DNA from: Octopus sinensis
Lineage: Eukaryota
NCBI RefSeq assembly: GCF_006345805.1
Contig: NC_043019.1
Location: 32,549,360-32,613,359, forward strand
Reading direction: 5' to 3'
DNA: 64,000 nt
Shown: positions 29,221 through 43,320 of the stretch, in pieces
Position numbering within the stretch: the stretch's first letter is position 1
How the letters are laid out: every line of letters starts with the position of its first letter
Notes under the pieces: generated by a model
The model's input: the letters and a program-made list of their open reading frames with translations, nothing else
Database searches by the model: none
What the model was told of the DNA's origin: nothing
Made by a program: the position numbers and the translations under genes

Positions 29221-29982
29221 AATCAATCAATCAATCTATCTATCTGTTTATGTATATATGCATGTATGTATGTAGGTATGTATGTATGTGTCTATCTAGC
29301 TATCTATCCATTCATCCATTTACCGATCTATCAATTTATCTATGCATGCCTATGAAAGAGAAAGAGAGGAGAGAGAGGGAGAGGGAAGGAGAAAAAGAAA
29401 GAGAGTGAGTGAGTGAGAGAGAGAGAGATAAGCTGACGTATATAGAGGACAGTGTTTTCCCTTTCTGCTTCGAATCCAGTACCCCCACTATCCCATGGTT
29501 GCTTACACAAAGAAAGAAAGACAGAAAGAAACAAATAGAGAAATAAATAGATGAAATGAAATAAAATGAAATAAAATAAAAATGAAAGAATAAAAAAAAT
29601 CCTCAGTCCTGTAATTCCGATTTAAATTTGATTTTCACTACGGCAAGGCTTGTTGGGAAGTGGTTGATCCTATAGGCTAATATAATTGTGCCTTACTGGG
29701 AAAGCTTATAGGTTCAGTGTAGTTTGAAACAAGGATACCACACACACAACACAAAAATATCTAGGAGCAGAAACAAAGCATGCTTTGTCATCATCATCCT
29801 CATCATCATCGCTGTAGTCATCTTCATTTTAAAGTTCACTTTTATATATGCTTGAATGGGTTGCACAGAGTTTATCCAGACAGACTTTCTATAGCTGGAT
29901 GCTCTTTGTGCTGCCAAACACTTTCCTCTTTGGTGACTCTCTCATCAACTTCTTCAAGTATCACTTGAAGAGGAAGGTGAGC

Positions 29983-31722
29983 AATATTTCCTCATGGTCC
30001 GAGCCCAGTAATATTTCCTCATGGTCCAAGCATGGTAATATTTCCTCATGGTCCGAGCCCGGTAATATTTCTTCATGGTCCGAGCACGGTAATATTTCCT
30101 CATGGTCCAAGCCCAGTAATATTTCCTCATGGTCCGAGCCCAGTAATATTTCCTCATGGTCCAAGCACGGTAATATTTCCTCATGGTCCGAGCCCAGTAA
30201 TATTTCCTCATGGTCCAAGCCCGGTAATATTTCCTCATGGTCCGAGCCCAGTAATATTTCCTCATGGTCCAAGCATGGTAATATTTCCTCATGGTCCGAG
30301 CCCGGTAATATTTCCTCATGGTCCAAGCATGGTAATATTTCCTCATGGTCCGAGCCCAGTAATATTTCCTCATGGTCCAAGCACGGTAATATTTCCTCAT
30401 GGTCCGAGCCCAGTAATATTTCCTCATGGTCAAGCATGGTTAATTCCTCATGGTCCGAGCACTGGTAATATTTCCTCATGGTCCGAGCACGGTAATATTT
30501 CCTCATGGTCCGAGCCCGGTAATATTTCTCATGGTCCGAGCAAGTAATATTTCCTCATGGTCCAAGCCCAGTAATATTTCCTCATGGTCCGAGCACGGTA
30601 ATATTTCCTCATGGTCCAAGCATGGTAATATTTCCTCATTGGTCCGAGCCCAGTAATATTTCTCATGGTCCAAGCATGGTAATATTTCCTCATGGTCCGA
30701 GCCCGGTAATATTTCCTCATGGTCCAAGCATGGTAATATTTCCTCATGGTCCGAGCCCAGTAATATTTCCTCATGGTCCAAGCACGGTAATATTTCCTCA
30801 TGGTCCGAGCCCAGTAATATTTCCTCATGGTCCAAGCATGGTAATATTTCCTCATGGTCCGAGCACGGTAATATTTCTTCATGGTCCGAGCACGGTAATA
30901 TTTCCTCATGGTCCGAGCCCAGTAATATTTCCTCATGGTCCGAGCCCAGTAATATTTCCTCATGGTCCGAGCCCAGTAATATTTCCTCATGGTCCGAGCA
31001 CGGTAATATTTCCTCATGGTCCAAGCATGGTAATATTTCCTCATTGTCCGAGCCCGGTAATATTTCTTCATGGTCCGAGCACGGTAATATTTCCTCATGG
31101 TCCAAGCCCAGTAATATTTCCTCATGGTCCGAGCCCAGTAATATTTCCTCATGGTCCAAGCACGGTAATATTTCCTCATGGTCCGAGCCCAGTAATATTT
31201 CCTCATGGTCCAAGCCCGGTAATATTTCCTCATGGTCCGAGCCCAGTAATATTTCCTCATGGTCCAAGCATGGTAATATTTCCTCATGGTTCGAGCCCGG
31301 TAATATTTCCTCATGGTCCAAGCATGGTAATATTTCCTCATGGTCCGAGCCCAGTAATATTTCCTCATGGTCCAAGCACGGTAATATTTCCTCATGTCCG
31401 AGCCCAGTAATGTTTCCTCATGGTCCAAGCATGGTAATATTTCCTCATGGTCCGAGCACGGTAATATTTCTTCATGGTCCGAGCATGGTAATATTTCCTC
31501 ATTGTCCGAGCCCAGTAATATTTCCTCATGGTCCGAGCCCAGTAATATTTCCTCATGGTCCGAGCCCAGTAATATTTCCTCATGGTCCGAGCACGGTAAT
31601 ATTTCCTCATGATCCGAGCACGGTAATATTTCCTCATGGTCCGAGCCCGGTAATATTTCCTCATGGTCCGAGCCCGGTAATATTTCCTCATGGTCCGAGC
31701 CCGGTAATATTTCCTCATGGTC
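29983..31722. repeat. 27-bp minisatellite, about 64 copies (GTAATATTTCCTCATGGTCCRAGCMYR)
   Basis: Direct reading. It starts right after a Tx1-like ORF2 C-terminal fragment (..INFFKYHLKRKV, about 29900-29982). Confidence 0.95.
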
Positions 31723-31842
31723 AGATGTTTTCACAGAATAATAGAAATGAAGGACACAGCTTCCATGGCATTGACAAACCATTAACAACTATCATGCGAT
31801 GTCAAGGTAACAAAACACACATGCACCACACACACACACATA

Positions 31843-32240
31843 CTCTTTTACTTGTTTCAGTCATTTGACTGTGGCCATGCTGGAGCACCGCCTTTAATCG
31901 AGCAACTCGACTCCGGGACTTATTCTTTTTGTAAGCCCAGTACTTATTCTATCGGTCTCTTTTGCTGAACCGCTAAGTAACAGGGGCATAAACACACCAG
32001 CATCGGTTGTGAAGCAATGCTAGGGTGACAAACACAGACACACAAACACACACACACACACATATATATACATATATACGACAGGCTTCTTGCAGTTTCC
32101 GTCTACCAAATCCACTCACAAGGCTTTGGTTGGCCCGAGGCTATAGTAGAAGACACTTGCCCAAGGTGCCAAGCAGTGGAACTGAACCCACTACCATGTG
32201 GTTGGTAAACAAGCTACTTACCACACAGCCACTCCTGCAC
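31843..32240 (-). mobile_element. SINE family A, full length
   Basis: Reverse complement of family A. Confidence 0.85.
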
Positions 32241-32704
32241 CTACATTTAGTACTAATTTAGTACTAATTCACAATGGTCTACATGCATACATACATATAA
32301 TGACATCTATAGTTCTGCCTTTCAGGTGTAAATTGCTAATAAGCCACCTTTATTATTTACAATTTTCACTTTTACCATTTTTGAAATCATGATGGGATTT
32401 CTACAGAAAATCTTATAAACTGACAAGGCAAGCCAGCTTAACCCTAGGCAGCTGGGTAAGAGCCACTGACGATCATTAATATAAATGTGAAATCACTGGT
32501 GATCTGGTCATGTGCCAGATGCTGTAGGGAGCTTGACTCCCTTGTCACTCATAAGATAAGTGCTTTATCATGCCTAAGGATTGCTTTGACTCTTATTTCT
32601 AGCAATGCTGGTGCTTACAAGTACCCTTAATCACTTTAGTGATGTCTATAGTTCTGTCTTTCAGTTGCAAATTGCTAATAAATCAACTTTATTATATATA
32701 TATA

Positions 32705-32983
32705 TTCTTTTATTCTTTTACTGGCTCCCGTCATTTTGATTGTGATCATGCTGGAGCACCGCTTTTTAGTCAAAGAAATCGACCCCTGGACTTATTCTTT
32801 GTAAGCCTGGTACTTATTCTATTGGTATCTTTTGTTGAACCACTAAGTTATGGGGACGGAAACACACCAACATCGGTTGTCAAGCAATGGCGGGGGACAA
32901 ACACAGACACAAACACAAACATATATATATATATATACATACATATATATATATATATACACACATATATATGTATGTATATA

Positions 32984-33027
<44 letters not shown>

Positions 33028-33400
33028 TATGTATGTATGCATGTATATATATGTATATATATATATATATATATACAACGGGCTTCTTTCAGTTTCTGTC
33101 TACTAAATTCACTCACAAGGAGTCGGTCGGCCCGAGGCAATAGTAGAAGACCTTGCCCAAGGTGTCACACTGTGGGACTGAACCTGGAACCATGTGGTTG
33201 GTGAGCAAACCTCTTACCACACAGCCATGCCTGCATATATATATGATGGGCTTCTTTCTGTTTCCGTGTATCATATCCACTCGCAAAGCTTTGGTCAGCC
33301 TGCAGCAATAGTAGAAAACACTTGCCCAGAGTGTCTTATTGTGGGACTGAACCCAGTACCATGTGATTCGGAAGCAAACTTCATGCCACACAGCCATGCC
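32705..33400 (-). mobile_element. SINE family A plus an adjacent second head
   Basis: Reverse complement of family A, with a second head at about 33240-33400. Confidence 0.75.
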
Positions 33401-34920
33401 ATGTCAAAAACAATTTTCTTTCTTAAATTTTTTTTTTGTGTATGTGTGTGAGTGGCGGGTGGTGGTTGGGGGGGTCGGACAAAAACCTTGCAAATTATCT
33501 GAATGCTTTGCCTCCACTTGAAATGAGCTGTATTTTCCACTCTCTGACAAGGTCATGCTTCATAATTTAGTACTAATTCACAACGGTATATAACACTGTA
33601 CCGGGGCCCTAAAGTATATATTAGTCATCAGAGACAAACAAGCATTATGATTATCACTATTGACACATATGCACACACACACACACACACAAAGACACAT
33701 ATGCAAACGCACTGATGTACAGATGGAGATACATAAATACATGGTTCTCTCCATCATAGTTTCCAGCTTCACCAAGTGAAAAAAGTCTTCTTTTTTTTTT
33801 TCCTTCATTTCACAATCCATTTAGAGAAAATACAGGAAGAGCAACAAACAGACAGACAGAAAAAGATACACACCAACACACACATGTATGTATATGTGTG
33901 TGTATATATATATATATATGTGTATATGCATGTATATGTATATGCATGTATATGTATGTGTGTGTTTGTGTGCGTATATGTATGTATATGGAAGAGCAAT
34001 AGACAGACAGAAAAAGATACACACACATACATGTATGTATATGAGAGTATATATATATGCATGTATATATATGTGTGTGTGTGTATATGTATGTATTTAT
34101 ATATATATGTGTGTGTGTGTGTGTATATGTGTATGTATGTATGTATGTATGTATGTATGTATATGTGTGTGTGCATATATATGTGTGTGTGTAGACAGAA
34201 AGATAGATAGATAGATATAGATATAGATTTTGATATAGATACACATACACACACACACATATATATGTGTGTGTATATGCATATGTGTATATATGTGTGT
34301 GTATATAAATATACACACACACACACATTTCTGCATGTATGTATAAATAAATAAATAAATACATAAATAAATTCGCCTTTCCAATTCAATTTTAGGCCTA
34401 ATTAGTTTTCATCTGTCTTGGCGCTAATTGACTTTTGGTTTCTGCTCTAGGGAATTCACAGAAAAGGAGAAGTAGGGGTGTGTATGTATGTGTGTGAGTG
34501 CCTGTGTGTATGTATGCATGTGTGCGCGTGTGTGTATGTGTATGTGTGTGTGTGTGGTGTGTGGAGGATGTAGAATTGGTGACTGGAGACCCAACTCTAA
34601 AATACCAAATTAGATTGCAAACAGAAGAGGATAGTGGCAGGCGGAAAGGGAAGCAGTGGTTTAAACAGTTTCGCTTGTCCTTGCTAGTCAGTCAGTCTTG
34701 GTTTCTGGAGAGCAGAATGGAATTCTCATGTGTGTTAGTATGGGTTTTTAGCTGCTATTGCTCTCTCTCTCTCTGTCTTTCTCTCTGTGTGTTTATTTAG
34801 CCACAGCTGCTACCACTGCTCTGCACACTTCCACTAACTGTGTGACCAGATCAAATCAGATCAGGAATCGGTTGGTGGAAGGGGCGTGGAATGGCCGATT
34901 TCAAAATGAACCGCATGAAT

Positions 34921-34953
<33 letters not shown>

Positions 34954-35011
34954 CACAGACACACACACACACAGACACATACACAGACACACATGCATAT
35001 ATATGTATAGA

Positions 35012-35395
35012 TGTGGAGGCGCAATGGCCCAGTGGTTAGGGTAGCAGACTCGCGGTCGTAGGATCGCGGTTTTGATTCCCAGACCGGGCGTTGTGAGTGT
35101 TTATTGAGCGAAAACACCTAAAGCTCCATGAGGCTCCGGCAGGGGATGGTGGTGATCCCTGCCGTACTCTTTCACCACAACTTTCTCTCACTCTTACTTC
35201 CTGTTTCTGTTGTACCTGTATTTCAAAGGGCCGGCCTTGTCACTCTCTGTGTCACGCTGAATATCCCCGAGAGCTACGTTAAGGGTACACGTGTCTGTGG
35301 AATGCTCAGCCACTTACACGTTAATTTCACGTGCAGGCTGTTCTGTTGATCGGATCAACTGGAACCCTCGTCGTTGTAACCGACGGAGTGCTTCC
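35012..35395 (+). mobile_element. tRNA-derived SINE family D, full length
   Basis: A-box TGGCCCAGTGG and B-box-like GGTTTTGATTCCC, then a unique body. The 3' half is shared with 21385-21670. Confidence 0.7.
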
Positions 35396-35764
35396 ATCAT
35401 ATGTATAGATGCAGGTGTGGCTGTGAGGTAAGGAGCTTGCCTCTCAAGCGCATGGTTCTGGGTTCAGTCCCACTGCATGGCACCATGGGCAAATGTCCAC
35501 TATAGTATTGGGCCAACTAAAGCCTTGTGAATGGATTTGGTAAATGGAAACTGAAAGAAGCCTGTTGTACTACTCATTTTTGCCAGCTGAGTTGACTGAA
35601 GCAGTGTGAAATAAAGTCTTGCTCTAGGGCACAATCTATCACCAGGAATCGAACTCACAACTTAATGATCATAAACTGAATACCCAAACCACTAAGCCAT
35701 GTGCCTTCATTTAACATGATCATCACTATGAAAATGAAGGAATAACAACAACAACAACAACGGC

Positions 35765-35795
<31 letters not shown>

Positions 35796-36284
35796 GCAAT
35801 AATAATGATTTCTTTCATTTTTTCAATTTTGTTTTTTTTTCGTTAATAATAATGATAATAATAATGATAACGATAATAATATGGTTCTGGGTTCAGTCCC
35901 ACTGTGTGGCACTTTTGGTGACTGTCTTCTATTATAACCTCAGACCGACTAAAGCCTTGCAAGTGGATTTCATAGAGGGAAACTGAAAGAAGCCTGTCAT
36001 ACAAATATATATATATATATGTGTTTGTGTGTGTGTGTATGTATGTATGTATGTATGTATGTATGTATGTATGTATGTATGTATGTGTATGTATGTATTT
36101 GTGTGTGTGTGTGTGTGTCGGTGTTTGTACCTCCACCATTGCTTGACAACTGATGTTGGTGTGTTTACGTCCCTGTAACTCAGCGCTTTGGCAAAAGAGA
36201 CTGATAGAATAAGTACCAGGCTTACAAAAGAATAAGTCCTGGGGTCAATTTGGCTACAGTCAAATTACTGAAAAGAATAAAAGA

Positions 36285-37100
36285 ATCCGTTCTACGAAAA
36301 GAACAAGGCCTGAAGTTTGGAGGAAGTGGGCTCTTTCCTCGGGTGACTCCCTAGTGTCATCCAACAATACCAGAGACCTGGGAGTAATTGTTGACAGCAA
36401 TTTAAGCTGGAGTTCCCATGTAAACAGCAAGGTTGACCTGACCCTCAAGATGTGCTCCTGGATTCTGAGAACTTCCCAATCTAGAGTTGCCTGCACCATC
36501 ATCCTTCCTACTCTACTTTTGCTTGATCCCATCTTAAATACTGTTGCCCGTTGTGGTCTCCCCCATACAAAGCAACTCATTATGAAAGCGGAAGCACTCC
36601 AGAGGTCAGTAACAAGAAAGATAGATAACATGATAGGCATTGCCTATTGGGGGTCGACTAAAAAGAACTCAATCTCTACTCTCTCCAACGCTGCTGCTGC
36701 CAGGAGCACTACATCATTTGTGTGATGTGGAAAGTATTCTATCAATATTGCACAAATGATGTTGGTATCAATTTTAAAATCCATCCAAGATTTGGCCCCT
36801 GTAAAATCTACCAACTACAAAAATTGAACTCAGTACACATAGCAACATTATGTTACAATTGCTTTACCTCAACCGGTCAAGCTCTCTTTAATAACATACC
36901 AAAATACGTCAAAACAGATCCCATAAAATTCAAATGTTTACTGGACAAATTTCTTCAAAAAATCCCAGACCAACCTCCTACATTCGAATATGTCTCCAAC
37001 AACAATAATTCTGCTAGAGTGGGTCATATAAGACTAAAAGACTTCATTATGAGGTGCTATTAAGTTAGACATGGCCTGGGCCTATACTGGCCGAAAGTTA
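36285..37100 (+). pseudogene. CR1-type LINE, 3' ORF2 fragment
   Basis: RDLGVIVDSNLSWSSHV.. / YCCPLWSP / YWGRLKK..LYSLQR / FKCLLDKFLQKIPDQP, with frameshifts. Confidence 0.8.
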
Positions 37101-37107
37101 TCAAAGT

Positions 37108-37445
37108 TATTTTCTTTGCACAGCTTCTAATGCTGGAGATGTACAATGGTGCCAGCTGTTCACTACCAGTGAACTAAGGTAACACCCCTTATTTTTCGAG
37201 CACCATCCGGAGTATTTGAGCGGTTCCAAGCAGTGCTGTTTTCTGCAAGTGCTACACTCTTATTGCAGCCCCTATATATTCCATGTACTTCTCAATATTT
37301 TTACTCACTGTTCCCAGGGCTCTGACAGTTATTGGTACTACTACTACCTTTTTCAGCAACCACAAATGCTTAACCTACCAAGCTAACTTGTCATATCTAT
37401 CGACTTTTCTTTCTTCTTCATCACATATCACAAGGTATACGATCA
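37108..37445 (-). pseudogene. R4/Dong-like retrotransposon 3' end (restriction-like endonuclease C-terminus), 5' truncated at (TAA)n
   Basis: Minus strand reads ..KVDRYDKLAW*VKHLWLLKKVVVVPITVRALGTVSKNIEKYMEYIG..HLQKTALLGTAQILRMVLEK*. Confidence 0.8.
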
Positions 37446-37460
37446 TCATCATTATTATTA

Positions 37461-37509
<49 letters not shown>

Positions 37510-38498
37510 GAAGGCAGTGAGCCAGCAGAATTGTTAGCACATCGGGAAAAGTGCTTCAATGCATTTCGTCCGTCTTTATGTTCTGAGCTCAAATGCTGCC
37601 AAGGTCTATTTAAGACGGTAAGCTGACAGAATTCTTAGTGTGCTAGACGAAATACGTAGCAGTATTTTGCCTGTCAATATGTTCTGACTTCAAATTCCAC
37701 TGAGGTCAACTTGCCTTTTGTCCTTTTAGGGTTGATAAATTAAGTACCAGTTATGTACTGGATGCGATGTAATTGACTAGTCCTCTCCCCACAAATCCAA
37801 GGCCTTGTGCCTATAGTAGAAAGGATTATTATTATTATTATTATTATTATTGTTATTATTATTATTATTATTATTATTTATTTCTTTTAATTCAGTAATC
37901 TTATTTTTATCCCTTACTTTCACTACGCTCCTGAACACAATTGTGTGCCTTGGGTTGGTGCTGTGGTTTGTTGCAGTGCTCTTATTTTTATAGTATTGAA
38001 AGTGTTTTTTATGTATGATGTATGCACAGTACCTAGTGGTGCTATTTTTTGTATGTTAAAAATACGCGTAAGTCCTGATATTTTTGTTAGGTATTTATCT
38101 GAATGGTTTTTATTTTATCATACCTAATGCCCCTACTATGATAAGAATTGTTTCTGTTTTTAGGCTCCACATTCAAGTTACCTCTATTTCCAGATCTTTT
38201 ATTATTATTATTATTATTATTATATTATTATTATTATTATTATTATTATGCATCATTCTATTTAGATATCTCTCTTTGCATAATTACGGGGCTCTACACT
38301 GGTGACATGTTTAAAATAATGGGTTAAAAAGCAATACTTGAAAGGAAACCAACAAAACACACACACACACACATACAACCAACTGTGTATTTATTTAATG
38401 GCTATTAAATGCAAGACTGACAACATATGACAGTATTTATATGGTTTATAAGACGGGGAAAGGGAAAAAGGGAAATGGAAAAACATATTCAGAGACAC

Positions 38499-38566
<68 letters not shown>

Positions 38567-38711
38567 GAGAGAGATAGACATATGTGTGCACACACACACA
38601 CACCCACACATTTATTTATGTGTGTATATTATATGTATATGTAGAGAAATGTGTGTATATGGATATGTGCATGAGGATATGTATATATATGTATATGTGT
38701 GTGTGTATGTA

Positions 38712-38767
<56 letters not shown>

Positions 38768-39619
38768 GAAATACTGACCGAGAGAGAGAGAAAGAGAAAG
38801 ACAGAGAGAGAGAGAGAGAGAGAAAACCATGTATGTATGTTCCTATCTAGATATATTTATATGAATGTGTGTATATGTTTATCTATGAGCATGCAATAGA
38901 GAGAGAGAGAGAGAGAGAGACTGATATGCATTTGTATATGTATCTCACTCTCTCTCTCTCTCACTATCTATCTTTTATACATATATATATATATATATGA
39001 ATAAATATGTGTGTGTAGGTGTATGTGTGTGTGTGAAAGAGAAATAAATATATATATATATATAGAGAGAGAGATGGAGGGAGAGAGGGAGAGAAAGGAA
39101 GAGAGACAGATATCAGAAAACTGAAATGATGAACAAATTTCAGATTTTCTTAATAGTTTTTGTTTCACTCTGCATTATCCATTATATTTAAACATCAAAT
39201 ATTTAAATATCCACTTTGATCTTGGAAAAACATTAAAAGAGGATATATATGTGTGTGTATGTGTGTGTGTATGTGAGTGTGTGTGTGTGCGTGTGTATAT
39301 ATTTAATGCATGTGTAAAATTTGCTTAAGTATTTAGTGTAGAAGAGTAATGCACGCACACACATACACACTATTATTATGCATATATTCAAATATATATA
39401 TTTACAAATATACATACATGCATACATATATACACACATGCACACACACACATACAAAAAATGAATATATATGTATATGTGTGCGTGTATATATATATAT
39501 GTGGTGTGTGTGTGTATATATATATACATGATTAAATATATACACACATATATATAAACATATTAATATATACATATATATATATATATATACATACATA
39601 CATACATATAAACATATTA

Positions 39620-39661
<42 letters not shown>

Positions 39662-39815
39662 CATACATACAACATATATATATATATATAAACATACTTT
39701 ATTAATACATATTTGGCACGTGTGTTGAGCTTTTATATTTAATGTGTAGCAAAGCAGTAGCATTGTTGACTGCTGCATGCATGCTCACAGCTAGATTTAT
39801 ATATATATATATATG

Positions 39816-39856
<41 letters not shown>

Positions 39857-39983
39857 GCATAAACACACACATATATATATATAGTGTATATATATTATTA
39901 TATATATATATTATATATATATAGATATAGTATATATATAATAATCATATACATATATATTATATACATTATATATATATATT

Positions 39984-40031
<48 letters not shown>

Positions 40032-40224
40032 TACATACACATACATAGATACTTATCGAGAGACATATCATTATATACGCAGACATACATACATGGTGAG
40101 TGCTCTATCTTCTCAGATGATCGCTGTCCCCTTGCGCTTCCACAGTGGCAATGGCATTTTCGACTTTCCATCATGACCTCTCCGATTTCTATTCAGTACC
40201 ATTGCAAATGTGCATGGTTGAAAG

Positions 40225-40523
40225 CAGTTGTTCCCAAGCTTTTGTGGGCTGCTGCCCCCTTGGCATCTAGGTCACATTCCTATCACCCCCCTCCCACTCA
40301 CCACTACAAACATAGACCTTTCGCTGCAAATTTCTAAACAATTGCATTTCATGGATAAAACTTAACCTAATTAATCTATTAATTTGTTGTTTTTATATTC
40401 ATCACCCTGCCCTTTTTGGTCACCCCGTTATGACCCCAGTTTTCTTCACTGTCCTCCTGGATATTTTCAATGGTTCCAGAGTGAGAGGTGGGGGGGCAGT
40501 ACCACCCACTTTGGAAACCACTG
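40225..40523. mobile_element. hAT (Charlie-like) MITE
   Basis: TIRs CAGTTGTTCCCAA and TTGGAAACCACTG. Flanking 8-mers GTTGAAAG and ATTTAAAG (6/8 identical) fit a decayed target-site duplication. Confidence 0.65.
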
Positions 40524-41649
40524 ATTTAAAGTATAGGTGAGAAGAAGACTGATATTCCAGAGCAAGGCCACTCCCCCAGCAAAACTTCTGTGCCAGTACC
40601 ATGTAAAAGGCACTCGTGCCGGTGTCACATAAGGGCGCTATGTGGTGCCACGTTGAAAGCATCAGGTACACTCTGTAAAGTGGTTGGCATTAAGAAGGGC
40701 ATCTGGCCATAGAAACCATAGAAAATCTATGGTTTCTATGAAAGCGGCAAACTGGCAGAAACGTTAGCACACTGGGTGAAATGCTTAGCAGTATTTTGTC
40801 TGCTGTTACATTTTGAGTTCAAATTTCGCCGAGGTCGACTTTGCCTTTCATCCTTTCGAGGTCGATAAAGTACCAGTTATGCACTAGGGCTGATGTAATC
40901 GACTTAATCCCTTTGTCTGTCCTTGTTTGTCCCCTCTATGTTTAATCCCTTGTGGGCAATAAAGAAATAAGAAACCAAAGGAAATCTGGCCACAGACTGG
41001 AGCCTGGTGCAGCTCTCCAGGATGCCGGTTCCAGTCAAACCATCTAACCCATGCCAGCATGGAAAAATATACGTTAAATGATGACGATGATGATGATGAT
41101 GTGACTGATGACCTTACTGTACGCTCTTTCAAGTGGATAGGTCTACACATGTCACCACTCTCCTGTTGCCATCTGACTTCCAGTAGATGGAATGATAAAT
41201 GAGGTCACCATAGAGAGACATCTGTACATCATTGAATTATAGTGGTAAACACTTGTACAACATGAGTACCACTCTTGGAGTCTCTGTGATTAGTACCTAG
41301 TGACAGGTCCAAGCAACAATACCAGCAATTACATAAAACTGCAGGTTTTACATCAGAGTGTCCGTTTCGTAGAAAGATGCTGAGACACCAGTTAGGGGTC
41401 ACTCACACGATGGTTTTACTACACACCCTGATAGCAAACAAGGGTATTTTTGTTCAGATGGATTGTTGTCACATATGCTATTTTACCCATAGCTAGGACT
41501 CTGTGAGGTGATATTACTGTGGGTCAGGGGAGACCTGAAAACAATAATGGCTAAGAGGCAGTTCCACACTCCTCAAAACTCTGGAATTCTTGACTAGACA
41601 TCCACAACTGGGTGCAGTTTAAAGTCATACTCACCCTTCCCCCCCACAC

Positions 41650-41820
41650 ACACATCTCAAAAAAGACCTGGAAGTGAAATGCTCAGCATACCAAAAAAAG
41701 ACCATGCATAGGTATGTTTCTTGTAAACGTGAAGAAGATAGCAACATTGACACAAAATGAAGCCTCTCTTGGACTAGTGACCACTTGCATTTGCAATCCA
41801 AGAACACAAGATTATGTGTG

Positions 41821-41858
<38 letters not shown>

Positions 41859-42400
41859 CACACATAGATATATACATACATATATATGTACACACACATA
41901 TATATATGCATACATACATAGAAATATATATATATATATATATATATACATACGGAGAGAGAGAGAAAGAGATGGAGAGAGACATATGTTGTAAGGGCAA
42001 CATCAGAGGTAAAGCTAGTGGGAGGAAGTAAATACCTACTCAATAAAGAAGACAGCGAAACCTTTGGATTCCGAAGATGCAATTATAAATGTAGATTATG
42101 TCATATTTATGCACAAGATCTCCCACGTGATCAGCAGCTGTCCAAAAATGTCATCAACATAATGTCGCAAAGACAATTTACAATGCCATTTGGTAAAAAA
42201 ACTGTCCTGGAATAAATACAGAGAATCTCCTTGTTATTGAATACATACCACCAGCACAAAGGAAACTGGTGGAACATTCCCATCAAAACATCTGTCAAGT
42301 GTAAGCATAAGAGGTTGGATATTGTTGTTTGGGATGGACAAGAGAAAGAGGTCAACTGTCCTGCTGATGTGAATATCTCTTTGAAAATCAAAGAGAAAGA
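41650..42400 (+). pseudogene. R4/Dong-like ORF relic (CCHC finger plus restriction-like endonuclease), interrupted by a ~215-nt insert
   Basis: With frameshifts: ..[10 protein letters not shown] [insert 41815-42029] KYLLNK..KCRLCH..VISSCPKMS..WWNIPIKTSVKCKHKRLDIVVWD..VNCPADVNISLKIKEKE. Confidence 0.75.
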
Positions 42401-42779
42401 AAGATAACTCTTTACTCTCTCTTTTACTTGTTTCAGTCATTTGACTGTGGCCATGCTGGAGCACCGCCTTTAGTCGAGCAAATCGACCCCAGGACTTATT
42501 CTTTATAAGGTTAGTACTTATTCTATTGGTCTCTTTTGCCGAACCGCTAAGTTACGGGGGACGTAAACTCACCAGCATCAGTTGTCAAGTGAAGTTGGGG
42601 GACAAACACAAACATACACATACACATACATATATACATATATACGACGGGCTTCTTTCTGTTTCCGTCAACCGAATCCACTCACAAGGCTTTGGTCGGC
42701 CCGAGGCTATAGTAGAAGACACTTGCCCAAGGTGCCACACAGTGGGAATGAACCTGGAAACATATGGTTGGTAAGCAAC

Positions 42780-43320
42780 TGGTACTTAATTTCTTGACCC
42801 TGAAAGGATGAAAGGCAAAGTCGACCTCAGCAGAATTTTAATTCAGAACGTAAAGACAGATGAAATACCGATAAGCATTTTGCCTGGCGTACTAACGTTT
42901 CTGCCAACTTGCCACCTTAGAATTATTCTTTTCTACTCTAGGCACAAAGCCTGAAATTTTTGGGGAGGAAGCCAGTCGATTAGATAGACCCCAGTATACA
43001 ACTGCTACTTAATTTATTGACCCCGAAAGGATGAAAGGCAAAGTCGACCTCAGCAGAATTTGAACTCAGAACGTAAAGACAGATGAAATACCTGTTTCTT
43101 TACTACCCACAAGGGGCTAAACACAGAGGGGACAAACAAGGACAAACGGATTAAGTCGATTACATCGACCCCAGTGCATAACTCGTACTTAATTTATCGA
43201 TCCTAAAAGGATGAAAGGCAAAGTTGACCTCTGCGGAATTTGAACTCAGAACGTAACGGCAGATGAAATACCGCTAAGCATTTCGCCCGGTGGGCTAACA
43301 TTTCCGACAGCTTGCCACCT
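42780..43320 (-). mobile_element. Nested SINE family B copies, one with a Tx1-like 3' tail
   Basis: The copy at about 43093-43320 ends (sense) TTGTCCCCTCTGTGTTTAGCCCCTTGTGGGTAGTAAAGAAA. Confidence 0.8.

Noticed and set aside
25390-31722. 17-bp and 27-bp arrays as CRISPR-like loci
   Set aside because: The repeats are contiguous with no unique spacers, the context is eukaryotic, and there are no cas genes.
29848-31868. Long repetitive ORFs (up to 419 aa) over the 27-bp array
   Set aside because: Open frames follow from the 27-nt period on both strands. Indels switch frames freely, and there is no splice or start context.
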